A stretch of 64,000 nt of DNA from positions 181,040,001-181,104,000 of the forward strand of contig OX597816.1 of NCBI GenBank assembly GCA_951406725.2, in the 5' to 3' direction. Shown here piece after piece: positions 1-13,200 of the stretch. Source of the DNA: Octopus vulgaris (Eukaryota). The notes under the pieces were generated by a model. It saw nothing but the letters and a program-made list of their open reading frames with translations. It ran no database searches and had not been told where the DNA came from. How positions within the stretch are numbered: the stretch's first letter is position 1; every line of letters begins with the position of its first letter. The position numbers and the translations under genes were made by a program.

Positions 1-348
1 TCAAATTTTCCATAATAGACAATAGGCTTCAATTGTAGTTTTAATGTTCTTTAATGCTACTTTCCCCCATTCATTGCAAGTAGAGTAAATTATACAGCAT
101 TGGTTTCATTTAACGTATAATTATGTGTAGTATTGTGTGTGTTTATGTGTGTGTGTATGCGTGTGTGTTTGTGTTTGTGTGTGTAGGTATATAAATATAC
201 AAATTTATATATATGATGTATATATGCAATTATGTATCTATATGTATATATTGATGCATATATCTGTAAAAAACGTATATATGTATAGATATGTATAAGT
301 TAAATATATGCGTATATCTACATCCCCCCTGAAATTCTCTCTCTCTCA

Positions 349-411
<63 letters not shown>

Positions 412-492
412 GTGTGTGTTTGTGTACACATACATATACACCACCGTTGTTTATATGCCTATGTCCCTTGGCAGCTGGAAATAGGATATGAT

Positions 493-542
493 AATTGTAG
501 CGCTGATGACGTCTATTGAGGCAGAAACACTAGTCCACGATT
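493..542 (+). ncRNA. Type-I hammerhead ribozyme motif
   Basis: CTGATGA (503-509), stem II gtct/aggc, GAAAC-acta-GTC (524-535), imperfect stem I aattgt/acgatt. Confidence 0.6.
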
Positions 543-677
543 GACCTCTTGTTTCCATTCAATAAGCCAATCGATTGTCTTCACGACATGTCAATATCGG
601 ATTCTTGGTTTTTGTGATTATCTCACTTTCATATAGTTTTTCTTTTATCGTTAATTGTTTCATTCATTCATTTCACC

Positions 678-845
678 GTTGCCATGCTGGAGCACCGCCT
701 TAAAGGTGCATAGCCGAACAAATCGATCTAAGTGTCTACGTTGAATCCCTAAGTCTAGTACTTAACAAGCCATTGTATTTTGTCGAACCGCTGGAATACG
801 GGGGAGTAAACAAGCCAATACCGGTTTTAAGCAGTGGGGAGGGCG
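678..845 (-). mobile_element. SINE fragment (3' part; family B, ggcggtgctccagcatgg tail)
   Basis: Reverse complement aligns with copies at 4165-4290, 38950-39108 and 49481-49677. Confidence 0.7.
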
Positions 846-852
846 AAAACTT

Positions 853-889
<37 letters not shown>

Positions 890-1458
890 TATGTGCGTGT
901 GTGTGTGAGAGTGTACGTGTGTATATGTACATATGTGCATAAATATATGTATATATATGTATGTGTATATGTGTGTATACATCTATGTATGTATATATAT
1001 ATATATGTGTGTGTGTGTGTATGTATGTATGTATACATTTATATATATATACGCATATATGTATGTATGCATGTATGTATGTGTGTGCGTGAGTGCATGT
1101 GAGGATCTCCTATCGCGGGCATAGAATGTATAAGACGCCAAAACTGTATATCAGTTTCAATAACATCGCTCTCCCAAAGGAACAGCGGGGTAATTAGAAT
1201 GCATTGATTCGCTAACAACTCACAGCAATCCGTATCACACTAACGAATCTTACCTTCCTTCAATTTCTGCGTCTACTGTTATAATTATTGCAAAGGCAGA
1301 TGCTCTCCTAAACCAACAACCTGTATGACATATCATGACAACCCAATCAGTACCCGATCTGATTCCCGCTTCTCTTATTCTTGCCAATATTCCTGTATTC
1401 TAATGTGAGCAAACGATGAGCCTACATATAACAGCGTACGAAATATCAGCCAGAACAG

Positions 1459-1564
<106 letters not shown>

Positions 1565-1649
1565 GCGAACACGCTATCTTTAAGATAGTGTATTTTACAT
1601 TGTATCATATATTTGTGTAATGTATATACATAAGTATACATATAGAATG

Positions 1650-2860
1650 CAGTAATTAAGAATGGAGCAGAAAAGTCTTCGCATCTGATATGGAGTAGCT
1701 GAAATATTTGCAAACTCCAAAGACTGATAGTATTCACGGTCATCATGTGCTAAACCCAGTTTCATTGCAGCCGCTTTGTTAATATTGCAAACTACACCAT
1801 TAATAGCCCTCATATCTTCAAATGATGTAGCTTTGGGAATATGATATAGTAAAGCTCTTAGATAGAATCGCTCTTGTTCCTTTATTGGAACAAAGTAGAT
1901 ACGACCAATTGAGTGTGTATTATTTTTTCTGAGATGCCACATTTTTTCCTTATTATTCCCTGTGTAAAATCCAGGGAAATCAGTAGAGTGTAATGTCCGT
2001 GCAAATGAGTGATTGCTGGTGATTCCCGGTTAACTCACATCCATTCAGTGAGAGTGGACCTGTCATGTTTGTGGATAACATGTTCAATATCATCATTCTT
2101 ATTAAAGTAAATGTATTGCTGTTGGGGCAAATGAACTGTAATATGTCGGACTACAGGATATGAATCATGCAATTTGAACCCTAAAATCTTCCTGATTGTT
2201 CTGATGAGGATACATAGCAGCCATTGATATAATTTTCAATTTCATCTTTGTGTGTTTGTTGGGCATTGACTTGTCCACTAATATTAACCGTCACCCGATC
2301 ATGACCTTTATGAATATATTTGTTAATATATTTAACTGATTTTACAGATGCACAATTCTCTACATTACAATGACCGCCATATTTGGCTAAAAAGAAGTGG
2401 GAATACGGTACAACTAAATGATTATCTAATTCAACATTTGACTTCGTAAATGTAAAACCCTTATTTCGACGTCGGTCACGTGGACAGCCATTATAACTGT
2501 GTCATGTGTTTTCCCGAAAGTCTTTAGGGAGACATCTCTTACATTTCCCATCAACCATACATGTTGCATTGGGTTTGTCTCTTCCACATGGACCATGTAG
2601 CATGCTTTTGGTGACATGTTGAAACAGAATTGGTTGTGTTTGTGGATTTAGAAGTTCTGTATAAACAAATTTATCATAATGTTCTAGATCTTTTTTTAAT
2701 ACGAACGACATATGACAATGAGGTAGCCCACACTTTTGAAACTCTATAGTCCACATGTACCCTGCAACCTCTCCCAAAACATTCTTCTCTAAAATATCAT
2801 GCAAGAGATCCTTAAGTTGCATATTAAATACTCTGTCAGTTATACCTGGTCTGTCAGCTG
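1650..2860 (-). pseudogene. Helitron Rep (HUH) domain fragment, frameshifted
   Basis: IEFQKCGLPHCH (motif 2), HGPCG..CMVDGKC..PK, DNHLVVPYS..GHCNVENCASVKSVKYINKYIHKGHD (motif 3, ~2426-2299), IGRIYFV..ERFYLRALL..SFEDMR. Confidence 0.9.
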
Positions 2861-3039
2861 GTGTCTGTCCTGGATAAAGTTCGTCTGTGATACCGGTCGA
2901 GCAACGAAAATTCTGACACGAATGAAAATTAAATTACGGAGATGTACTTGCATACCACGTGACTTGATCTGAGATCGTGTGCTGAAACAAAAACAATTGC
3001 AGCGTGGAAGGTGTTTGTAAGCCATTTAAGAACACACAA

Positions 3040-3135
3040 AAAACCGTTAGATTCACTTCAACATTTAAATTTAATTTGTGTCAAAATATTTTCGTCGCTC
3101 TGAAACTGCGACCTGTTCATTGTCAAAACTTCGCA
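3040..3135. repeat. Interspersed ~95-bp repeat shared with 35042-35135 (degenerate HHR-like fold on minus strand)
   Basis: aaaaccgttagattcacttcaacatttaaatttaatttg...aaaacttcg present at both loci. Confidence 0.7.
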
Positions 3136-4037
3136 CGAAAAAACTGTTGTCTTATATATATCGAAAATTACGTCAGCATTAGATGGATGGGTCTTAATTT
3201 CATCTAAGATGTATTTTTTAAAATGCAGGTAGCAAGAAAAAACCTCACTCCTAGTAGTTAAACATTCATTCGAGGTCCTTAAGTACTTCAAAAGGTGTGA
3301 GGAGCGGGTGATTTGGCTGGTATTTCTAGCATGTTGAACGAACATATACAGGTGATGCATCAGTCTAAAATATAAAAATTTAAAGCAGAGACCTAGAAGA
3401 TGAAATACTACGAAGCAGTTATTAACAGAATGTGCATTTAACATTAAAAAAAAAAGACAATGATGAATTAATAAGATATATTAACTGAAAAACTAACACA
3501 CAACATAAGCTTTAATAAAAACAGTTCTTTCTACGAAGGAATGATAAAAACAAAATATTATTAGCATCAAAGAAACGGAAAGTAAACATTATGCAATAAA
3601 CGTTTTTAGATGTCTTATGTCACAAAAGCAAATCAAATTGTATGAACAGATCGTAAGGTTGATCCGCAAAGTAAAAATTTCAAATAGTGTTGACGGTAAT
3701 TTTTGTCTTCGGGCATGCGCATAAACATGTGCCAAGTCTGGAAAACGTTATAACCGGTTAATGTGTATCACTGGGCATGCGCGTAACAGGACATACAGAA
3801 GAACACCTTTTCTGTTATGTATACTACTAATGATCCGATATATATATATATATATATACCATATGTTGCATATTCATATGATATCTTGATACTGTGTGGA
3901 CTAAAATCCCCATTGACAGGCCGCTGGTATTTATACACTTTCGGTATGCAAATTAGGGACTCCTTCACAGAATAACTGCTGCATTTGTTAAGTATATAAA
4001 CAATTTCGTTTCTAGTTTCTCTGGAGACTGTTAGAAT

Positions 4038-4095
4038 GATATGGACGCCTCTGATGAGAAGAAATCAAAGTTCGAAAATCGATTAAGGTTGTTCA
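4038..4095 (+). ncRNA. Minimal type-I hammerhead ribozyme with palindromic stem III
   Basis: Stem I atggacgcct/aggttgttcat, CTGATGA 4051-4057, stem II gaa/ttc, GAAA-ATCGAT-TA. Confidence 0.75.
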
Positions 4096-4164
4096 TCATC
4101 CTTTCAGTCTGCGGGGAAATGGCTACAATTTGCCTTGTTTATAATCATACCATATGCTACATGT

Positions 4165-4287
4165 GTGTGTATGTGTTTGCCCCCAACATTGGTGCGTTTA
4201 CGTCCCTGTAACTTAACTGTTCGGCAAAAGATACCGATAGAATAAGTACTAGGGTTGCAAAGTATAAGTCCTGGGGTCGATTTGCTC

Positions 4288-4290
<3 letters not shown>
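4165..4290 (+). mobile_element. SINE fragment (family B)
   Basis: ttcggcaaaagataccgatagaataagtactagg...ggggtcgatttgctcgact matches other copies. Confidence 0.7.
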
Positions 4291-4377
<87 letters not shown>

Positions 4378-4405
4378 AAGGAAAAGGAAAACATATATAT
4401 ATATA

Positions 4406-4660
4406 TATCTGTAAATATAATATGTGACAATTATTCGGTAGCCATGATATAACTCCGAGTTTCGGGTGTCGGGGCGGAAAACCACGCCGCCATCTCTTCA
4501 GTTATCGGGCCATCATTTTCATAGCATTCTTTTCGATGGCCCCGATAAGTGAAGAAATGGCGGCGTGGTTTTCCGCCCCGACGCCCGAAACTCGGACTTT
4601 TATCATGGCTAATATCGAGGTCTCTTTCATTCTTTTGTTGTCTTACCGTTTCTATCAATA
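4406..4660. mobile_element. PLE-like non-autonomous element: two HHR-bearing units back to back, between (TA)n tracts
   Basis: Inverted arms ~4439-4516 and ~4534-4611; minus-strand core CTGAAGA..GAAACTCGGAGTT intact; same family as 43946-44228. Confidence 0.75.
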
Positions 4661-4674
4661 TATATATATGTATG

Positions 4675-4714
<40 letters not shown>

Positions 4715-4761
4715 GCATGTATATGTGTGCATGTATGAATGAATGTATGTGTGCATTTATG

Positions 4762-4797
<36 letters not shown>

Positions 4798-5129
4798 TAC
4801 ATACAATACATGGAGGCTCCTTCCGGGATTATCTAGTCTGGGGATTCTCGGGTCGGTCATAAGGTGATAACCGCTCTGTAACCGACAGTCAGCATGTATA
4901 TATACATTTGCGCTTTTCCTACAGTATTAAGTGTATTTTAGCTCTTATTTCTAGCAATGTAAATGTTTCGGCACCCTTAGTCACACTTATTGACAACTGA
5001 ATTTTTCACATTGCCCCTAGCTGTTTATATCAGTTATATATATATATTGTCGAAAAATATTCGGCGTGTACATGCGATCGATGCAGAACATTTGGCAATG
5101 TTTCTTATCTAAAACGCTTCAACACCAAG

Positions 5130-5830
5130 TCAAACATATTTTGTCAGAGTTCCTTCATGCTAATGATGCGGAATTTGGGGCTCATTCAGCAATGGACATA
5201 AAGACAATATTGGACATCCTCTCCGATGCATGCACGGCATTGAGGCTAAATATTAGCATAAAAAGATAAAGGTTATGTACATTCCACTGACATTTTCGTG
5301 GGAGACGACTCTGTGTGTCTTGGAAGAACATTTAGTAGAGTCGGTACCCTTGACCCCGAAATAAATCACAGGATTGTAAAAGCTGGAACTACTTTCGGGA
5401 ACCTCGACAAGCGAGTCTAGTCAGGTCGGAGTTTCACGAGAGACACGATGCTCACTATGTATGAGACCTGTGTTCTACTGCCCAGCTGTACGGCTGCTGA
5501 ACGTGAAGACCTTCCAGGCATCATATCAAGCAGTTGGGAAGGTTTCACCAGCATTGTGCCCACTGATTCTTGTTGTACATAAAGTGGTCCTCTTACCCGC
5601 CTGATATTGTTCTGTTTGAGAAAGCTAACAGCATTTGTATTGAAAACAGATGTGTTGGACTGGACGAGTTGTCAGGGCGGAAGGGGGAAGGTTGCCCGAA
5701 CAGATATTTTATGGATAGCTGGTTAGAGGGAGAAGGTCTCAGCATTAGCCTAGGAAGCAGTTAAAGGATGTCATAAAAGCAACCTCAAAGCTTTGAGAGG
5801 GATTGATATGGATATCTGGGAGAATTTGAC
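5130..5830 (+). mobile_element. RTE-clade LINE, decayed 3' RT fragment
   Basis: EFLHANDAEFGAHS..ILSDAC..LNISIK (FADD region); LDPEINHRIVKAGTTFGNLDKRV; multiple stops and frameshifts. Confidence 0.75.
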
Positions 5831-5945
5831 TGTACTGTTGCGATGTCTTTGAACAAAAGTGAATGGAGCATGCTCAGTAAACGGAACCCAAGTGCACTGC
5901 CTGCAGAGACTCAGCAACAGTTGAGGCGCGATCGAGTGAGAGGGG

Positions 5946-6015
<70 letters not shown>

Positions 6016-6196
6016 CCGCTTCTGTGATCGCCCTACCGCGATGCGCACCGCATTACTATTGCATTGTAGAGGAAAATAAATTTCACATCTGAAATTCCTG
6101 CAGAACAGAAGCTGGGCTGAAAAGCCACTTGTGTACACATATGATGTGCAATGTTCAATGAAGATATGGCCCTCTTATCACAAAAAGTTGCAATTA

Positions 6197-7075
<879 letters not shown>

Positions 7076-7180
7076 GCAATATCCCTACATATCTCAATCT
7101 ATTTTCTTTTATTTCCTCCACCCCACCCCCTATTTTATATCTTATCTAAACTAACTATGACTTAACTATCCTCCCACACC

Positions 7181-7228
7181 GTCTCCGATGAAGGGATATA
7201 GTAAATATCCTGGAAACAGCTGTAAGAC
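7181..7228 (+). ncRNA. Minimal hammerhead motif, CCGAUGA core variant
   Basis: Stem I gtct/agac, CCGATGA 7185-7191, stem II ggatat/atatcc, GAAAC-AGCT-GTA. Confidence 0.7.
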
Positions 7229-8167
7229 CTATCTATATGTTTTCTAAAATCTACACAACCTTGGTTTTTTATCTCATAACGAAAAAAAGTTTTATATACA
7301 CACGTTGACATATGACCAACGTTGAACCCCTTATTCGCATAATCACCGAATCTGGAACTTAACTAAGGTGTGTCTACAGCACTTATTCAGCATTACCTGA
7401 CACCTTTGGGTGTCACTGACACCATTACCTCTCATAATCTATATATACATATATATATATGTATATTTATTTATCTATTTATTTATTTATTTATTTATAT
7501 ATTTAGTTATTTATTTATATATTTATTTATTTATATATTTATTTATTTATTTATTTATATATATTTATTTATTTATTCATATATATGTACATACATACAT
7601 ACATACATACATACAAACATATATACATACATACATACATACATACAAACATACATACATACATACATACATACATACATTCATACATACACACATCCGG
7701 TCGCGCTGTTTGCACGGATTGTTGTGACTCTCTGTTACCACCCACTTCTGTTATTCATATTTGAATTGGGGGCTTGAATTGAATGCGGGTACTGTAAAAT
7801 ACATCACGGAGTGGTGACTGTGCCCTGCATAGTTATGGGCTACCCTTTCGCAAGTTTAGCCACAAGAACACAATGTAACGGGTGGTGCGATGTGTTCTTG
7901 AGCAAAACACTTCACCCCCACGTTGTTCTGCGATCACGCTGACGTGTGGTACAGCTTGCACCAGTACAGACGATGTCGAGTTGATGGAGGGAGTGACCTA
8001 ATGTATAGCACGTGCATTTGATCACTACAAACAAATCATTTGTGTAAGTTGTTCATCAGGAAATTGCAGAATCGACCTTCTCGGACTACGAGAGACTACC
8101 ATCATCTATATCGTCGATATCATCGTCGTCGTCATCGTCGTCGTCCTCCTCCTCCTCCTCCTCCTCC

Positions 8168-8204
<37 letters not shown>

Positions 8205-8737
8205 AACCACGTCATTTCATCAGGCAATATACAGTCTTCTGTCGGCGAAATAAAATCATTCTATGAAGGTAAACATTTAAAAATATAATTGAATTAGAAG
8301 CAAGCTTCATAAGAAATATAGACTTCATAAAGGGGGGAGGAGATAGTTTGGATTCCAACCTATCAAAACATTGCATCTGTAAAGCCAACAAAATTGGTAA
8401 AAGTACATGTTACGTTGGTGTAGCTAAATTACCATATCGCTTTTCAAATGCGTGGACTCTACAACCAAAATTAAATGAGCGGCCGTTTCTTGTAATATCT
8501 AGTTCTAACGGTCAAGAAATTGTCGCCAATTTACAGATAAAGGCATAACATTGTTTCGAATTAACCGATGCAGATACTCCGTTAGTTGTACGCAATGTCT
8601 AGTACACATATTCACCACATATATACATATACCAAATAAAATAAAATAAAATGAGGGTAAATATATTTTTAAAGGTCGTTGTAAATTTTTTAATTATATT
8701 TACCTCTATGTGTGTATATTGTATGTGGCATATAAAG

Positions 8738-9058
8738 GAAGGCCCATGGTTTAGGGATTAGGAGTATTCAGCTCACTATCGTAAGGTCGTGAGCACGATT
8801 CCCGACGGTGTGTTGTGTCCTTGAGAAAGATACTTTATTGTCCGTTGTTCCAGTCCAATCAGCTGGTAAAAATGAGTAGTACCTGTAATTCAGAGAGCTA
8901 GTCTTGACACATTCTGTGTCACGTTGAATCTACCTAAGAACTACGTTTAAGGGTACGCATGTCTGTGGAGTGCTCAGCCACTTGCTCGTTAATTTCATGA
9001 GCAGTCTGTTCCGTTGGTCGGATCAACTTGAACCTTGGTCATTGTAACCGAAGGAGTA
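8738..9058 (+). mobile_element. tRNA-derived SINE (family C)
   Basis: tRNA-like head followed by gtgtccttgagaaagatactt..ccagtccaatcagctgg; aligns with 21849-22095. Confidence 0.65.
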
Positions 9059-9904
9059 CAAAAAAGCAAATGTTGATAAGGTGGGTAGTAGAGACATTTT
9101 CTGGGTTTGACTGTAAAGCTTTGTTGAAACTAGTTGGGTCACAACTGACAAGTTTGCTATATTCAGTATAAGAAATTACTGTTACTGCTTGGATTCATTC
9201 GAGCACGCATATAAATTCAGATGCTGTAACTTAGATTTATGTAAGAGCACAAGTGAAAGTTCACGGACAAATCTCATTCAGAGATTAGTGCTTTGTGGAA
9301 ACAAGGTAAATGAAAGGAACGAGAAGTTAGGAAAGGCAGAAAGAAGACACTTGATGACCTCAACAGCTGCCTTCAGAAAGACTGACCTAATAACAAGCTA
9401 AATTGTGTATGGACAGGAGGTCAATGATCCCCAACGCCTATAGGCATGGCACATGAAGAGAGAAAGATAGTAAAAGACCACAGTGTGTTTTTGGATATAA
9501 GGAAAGTTGACGAGACAAAAGTGGGTCGGAGGAATATCAGGTTGTCGGTCGATCACGGCAAATGGTATTTCTTCGTTTCAATACTTTGAAATTCATGTTA
9601 CATCATCTCATGGAAATTATCCTCAATAGACATGAATATATATTTAGTTTGGTTACGTGATTAGCTGCTAGTTGTGAGCACATTCAATTCGACTCGGAAC
9701 ATAATTAACTTAGTAAGCTAGTCACCAAATAAAGAATATAACACACTCTCCTTCCTGAAGTGGTATTTCGTGTTGTATAATAAATATACGTATACACACA
9801 CATATACATACAGACACACATGTACATACATACACACACATATTTATATACACATGCATATATACATATATATACATATATACATATATATATATAATAC
9901 ATAT

Positions 9905-9953
<49 letters not shown>

Positions 9954-10016
9954 TATACGTATACGCATACACACGTACGTGTGTATGTATATATGCATAT
10001 ATGCATGTTTGTATGC

Positions 10017-10049
<33 letters not shown>

Positions 10050-10779
10050 TGTATGTATGTATGTATGTATGTATGTATGTATGCAGGTAGGGTTTGAGTC
10101 TAAAAATGTGTATGGAAGTTTTAGCATAACAACAATTATTTACACAATACATTAATCAATTGCCAATTGTGGAAATTATTCTCTATTCATCAACTGATTA
10201 GACACGTATGTCTCATACTGAAAAAAATCACCTACTTCACCATCATTATCACTACCACCACCAACACTACTACTTGTATTAATATTAGTAATACTACTAC
10301 TGCTATTTTGTCTTAGTTCTTTAAGAGAGTAAATATGAAATAAGACAGACATTCTGATTTGAAATATAGAACAAATTTTTATGTTTCTTATCTGAAATTC
10401 TATTTGTGAAATCAAGAAAATCAAATTTTAATTAAGGTAGTAGAAAATAAGACGACATAGAATTAATTATAGATTCAAAATTTCAGAGGAAACTGAAAAG
10501 CTACAAATTTCTGATTAAATTTAGTATATTTGCATGTAAAATTCCTAGCTATCTGGGATTGTGCCGTTAGTACGCAATTCATCATAAAAACGAATTAAAT
10601 CTATAGCCATATTGGAGTACAGGCCTCATAACTAGTATAATTCTAACACGACAGAATGATATAATCAATCGTCGAAGTGTAATAAATCACTCAATGACTC
10701 GTTCATTAAAACTCTACAGACTCCTGTAGACTTACACACTACCACACACTGTAGCCATTCAAAAGTTTACTGTCACACT

Positions 10780-11000
10780 ACAACCATTCAATGATTCACT
10801 TACCAACACATTAAAATCCTTCAATGATTCATCCACTGCCACATTAACAGACTTTTGGCACACAGACATGCTATATCTCGATATTCCTTCTATAGCTGTT
10901 ATAGGAGTATATGTTATTCTCATCTGATAGGTTGTGTGTCTCCTCCACCAAATCAATTAAACACGCTTGTTTTTTCCACTTATTGGTATATCAACTGCGT
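10780..11000 (+). mobile_element. Decayed LINE RT C-terminal fragment (related piece on minus strand ~60480-60870)
   Basis: LAHRHAISRYSFYSCYRSICYSHLIGCVSPP resembles the LxHRR..FY.Y..G.CS..L...VP tail of Jockey/CR1-like LINEs. Confidence 0.4.
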
Positions 11001-11143
11001 CTCAGATCCTAAACCTCGTTTAAATATTTTTAGAATTTATTTCTCTTTGGCCTGATTTTTTTTTACTCATATTTTCCCGACAGACAATACGCTACACATC
11101 GCCAAAGGACATCGGTACGTTTCCTTTTCTTCCTACAATATAT

Positions 11144-11348
11144 AATCCTTATAGGTACAAGACCTGAAATGTCGAGGAAAGGAGGATGTCGATTGGGGAA
11201 AGAGAGATGCTTAACTGGTACTTACTTTATCCACCCCCAAAAGATGAAAGTCGACCACGGCCGAATTTGAGCTTAGAATGTAAAGACGGAAGAAATTGTG
11301 CTAAACATTTTGTCTGGGGCGATTAACGATTCTGTCAGTTAGCCGCCT
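11144..11348 (-). mobile_element. SINE (family A, ggcggcgagctggcagaa head), diverged
   Basis: Reverse complement aligns with 26463-26679. Confidence 0.7.
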
Positions 11349-12657
11349 TCCTACTATATAATAACAAGCAAAACTGTGAGAAATATGTGGTAAGCATTGG
11401 CTGCTGTTGTTTAGACTAGGTTTGCTCTCTTAAAGTAGACCAAAAATTTAGGATATTCCAGCCACGATCATTCCGTCTTGCTTTTAAATATAGTGTATTA
11501 TCCAGGACTACAATATACTCTCTCTTTTTTTAAGATAATAGGGTGTGTAACTTGAAGCGAGTTTTGCTGCTATGTCCAGGTGATCGAGTGATGGCATAGA
11601 GGCTATGTCAGTAGCTCTGCTAGAAGAGATAAGTGATAGGTACTCGTGGTAGAAATAGGTGGTTCAAATATGTGGAAGGAAATATGTGGTAAAAATAAGC
11701 CGTAAAATTAGAATGAAGAAATATGAAAGAAATATATCATATAGCAACTGGTTCCTAAATTGCTACTTCACACCAACAGCTGTGGGTTTGAATTAAACAA
11801 TAATATTGTTTAAGAATTATCGCTAGAATCCCTAATTTAAGTGTTCTGCATCAGTAATTTAGCTACGTGGGTAAGGTATGGAGTTCTGAGTGACTCATAA
11901 GTAACGAGTTTATGCTACTTTCCTAGGTACAGCACACCCTTCTCTATACTTCATTTCACATAGCGATCGGGGAATAGGGAGGAAGCCTTTCTGGAAAATT
12001 CACTGCTTTCTTAAATCATATCTTATCCTCATGAATACATAGAGGATACATTATATAATGTAGTCCTGCGTACCCCCAGAAATGCTCTATAATTTTAGCA
12101 TAAAAAAAAGGGTGAGAATAGCTTTTATCTTATATGTGAGCGATAAGGGTTGATATGGAGACAAACTGGAACAGCAACAAAGAATATGTCGGTCCCTTGA
12201 TCGAGCAGCTGTACAAATATCTAAACCGATGCGAGACCAAATGTATATACATACATAAAACACACACACACACACACTTACACACACACTTAAACACACA
12301 CACACACACACACAGAGTATGTAGTAAGATGCAAAATGATTATGGTACGGACAGTTGGCTAGCTTCAAGTATAGACATGGCTTGTATAGATAACACAAGG
12401 TAGATGATACGCGATCGATAAAGTTTATTAACGTATGCAGTACTTTTGTAAAGAGCAGGTAAAAAGTATCCGAAGAGAAGGTACACTAAACATCTATGGA
12501 ATAGCCTAGTTTCATAAATTCCGTTTGGTTATTTCCTTTGATACGTATGTTATACGTAATTATCTACTCCATTCTCTTCACTCACACAAACATACACACA
12601 CACACACAACAACAACAACAACAACAACAACAACACACACACACGCACACACACATA

Positions 12658-12692
<35 letters not shown>

Positions 12693-12721
12693 CTTTTCCT
12701 TTATCTTTTCATTGATTATAC

Positions 12722-13115
12722 TGTGGCCATGCTTGCTGGGGCACAGCCTTTGAAGAATTTTAGCTCAATGAATCGACCCCAGAACTTATTTTTTGAATCC
12801 TGGTACTTATTCTATTGGTCTCTTTTGCCGAACCGCTAGTTATGAGTAAGTAAACACACCAACGCTGGATGTGAAGCAGTGGTGGGGGACACACACAGAC
12901 ATAAAGACGTACACACATCAATGTATGTATATATATATATATATATATATACATGACGAACTTCTTTCAGTTTCCGTCTACCAAATCCACTCACAAGGCT
13001 TTGGTCGAACCGAGGCTATAGCAGTACACTTGCCCAATGTGCTATGCAATGAGGCTGAACTCGGAACCATGTGGTTGGGAATTAAACATGTTGCCACACA
13101 GCCACGCCCGCGCCT
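12722..13115 (-). mobile_element. SINE family B, near full length with internal microsatellite
   Basis: Head ggcgtggctgtgtgg..ccaaccacatggttcc; internal gtggatttggtagacggaaactgaaagaag. Confidence 0.8.
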
Positions 13116-13133
13116 ATATAATGAAAATTTTAA

Positions 13134-13200
13134 AGAAGATACCTGGGATTGAACCGGGGACCTCCCGATCTGCTATCGAATGCCCTACCGCTAAACATAT
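13134..13200 (-). pseudogene. tRNA-Cys(GCA) pseudogene
   Basis: Reverse complement tttagcggtagggcattcgataGCAgatcgggaggtccccggttcaatcccaggt matches the metazoan tRNA-Cys body; 5' acceptor strand lost into a TA tract. Confidence 0.8.

Noticed and set aside
8040-8288. Poly-Arg/Pro/His ORF
   Set aside because: Compound (CGT)(CCT)(CAT) trinucleotide microsatellite following a SINE remnant; no other coding evidence
10176-10230. Minus-strand acceptor tttttttcag as the next exon of the membrane-protein gene
   Set aside because: Phase-1 joining gives Val then an immediate stop; nothing else supports it
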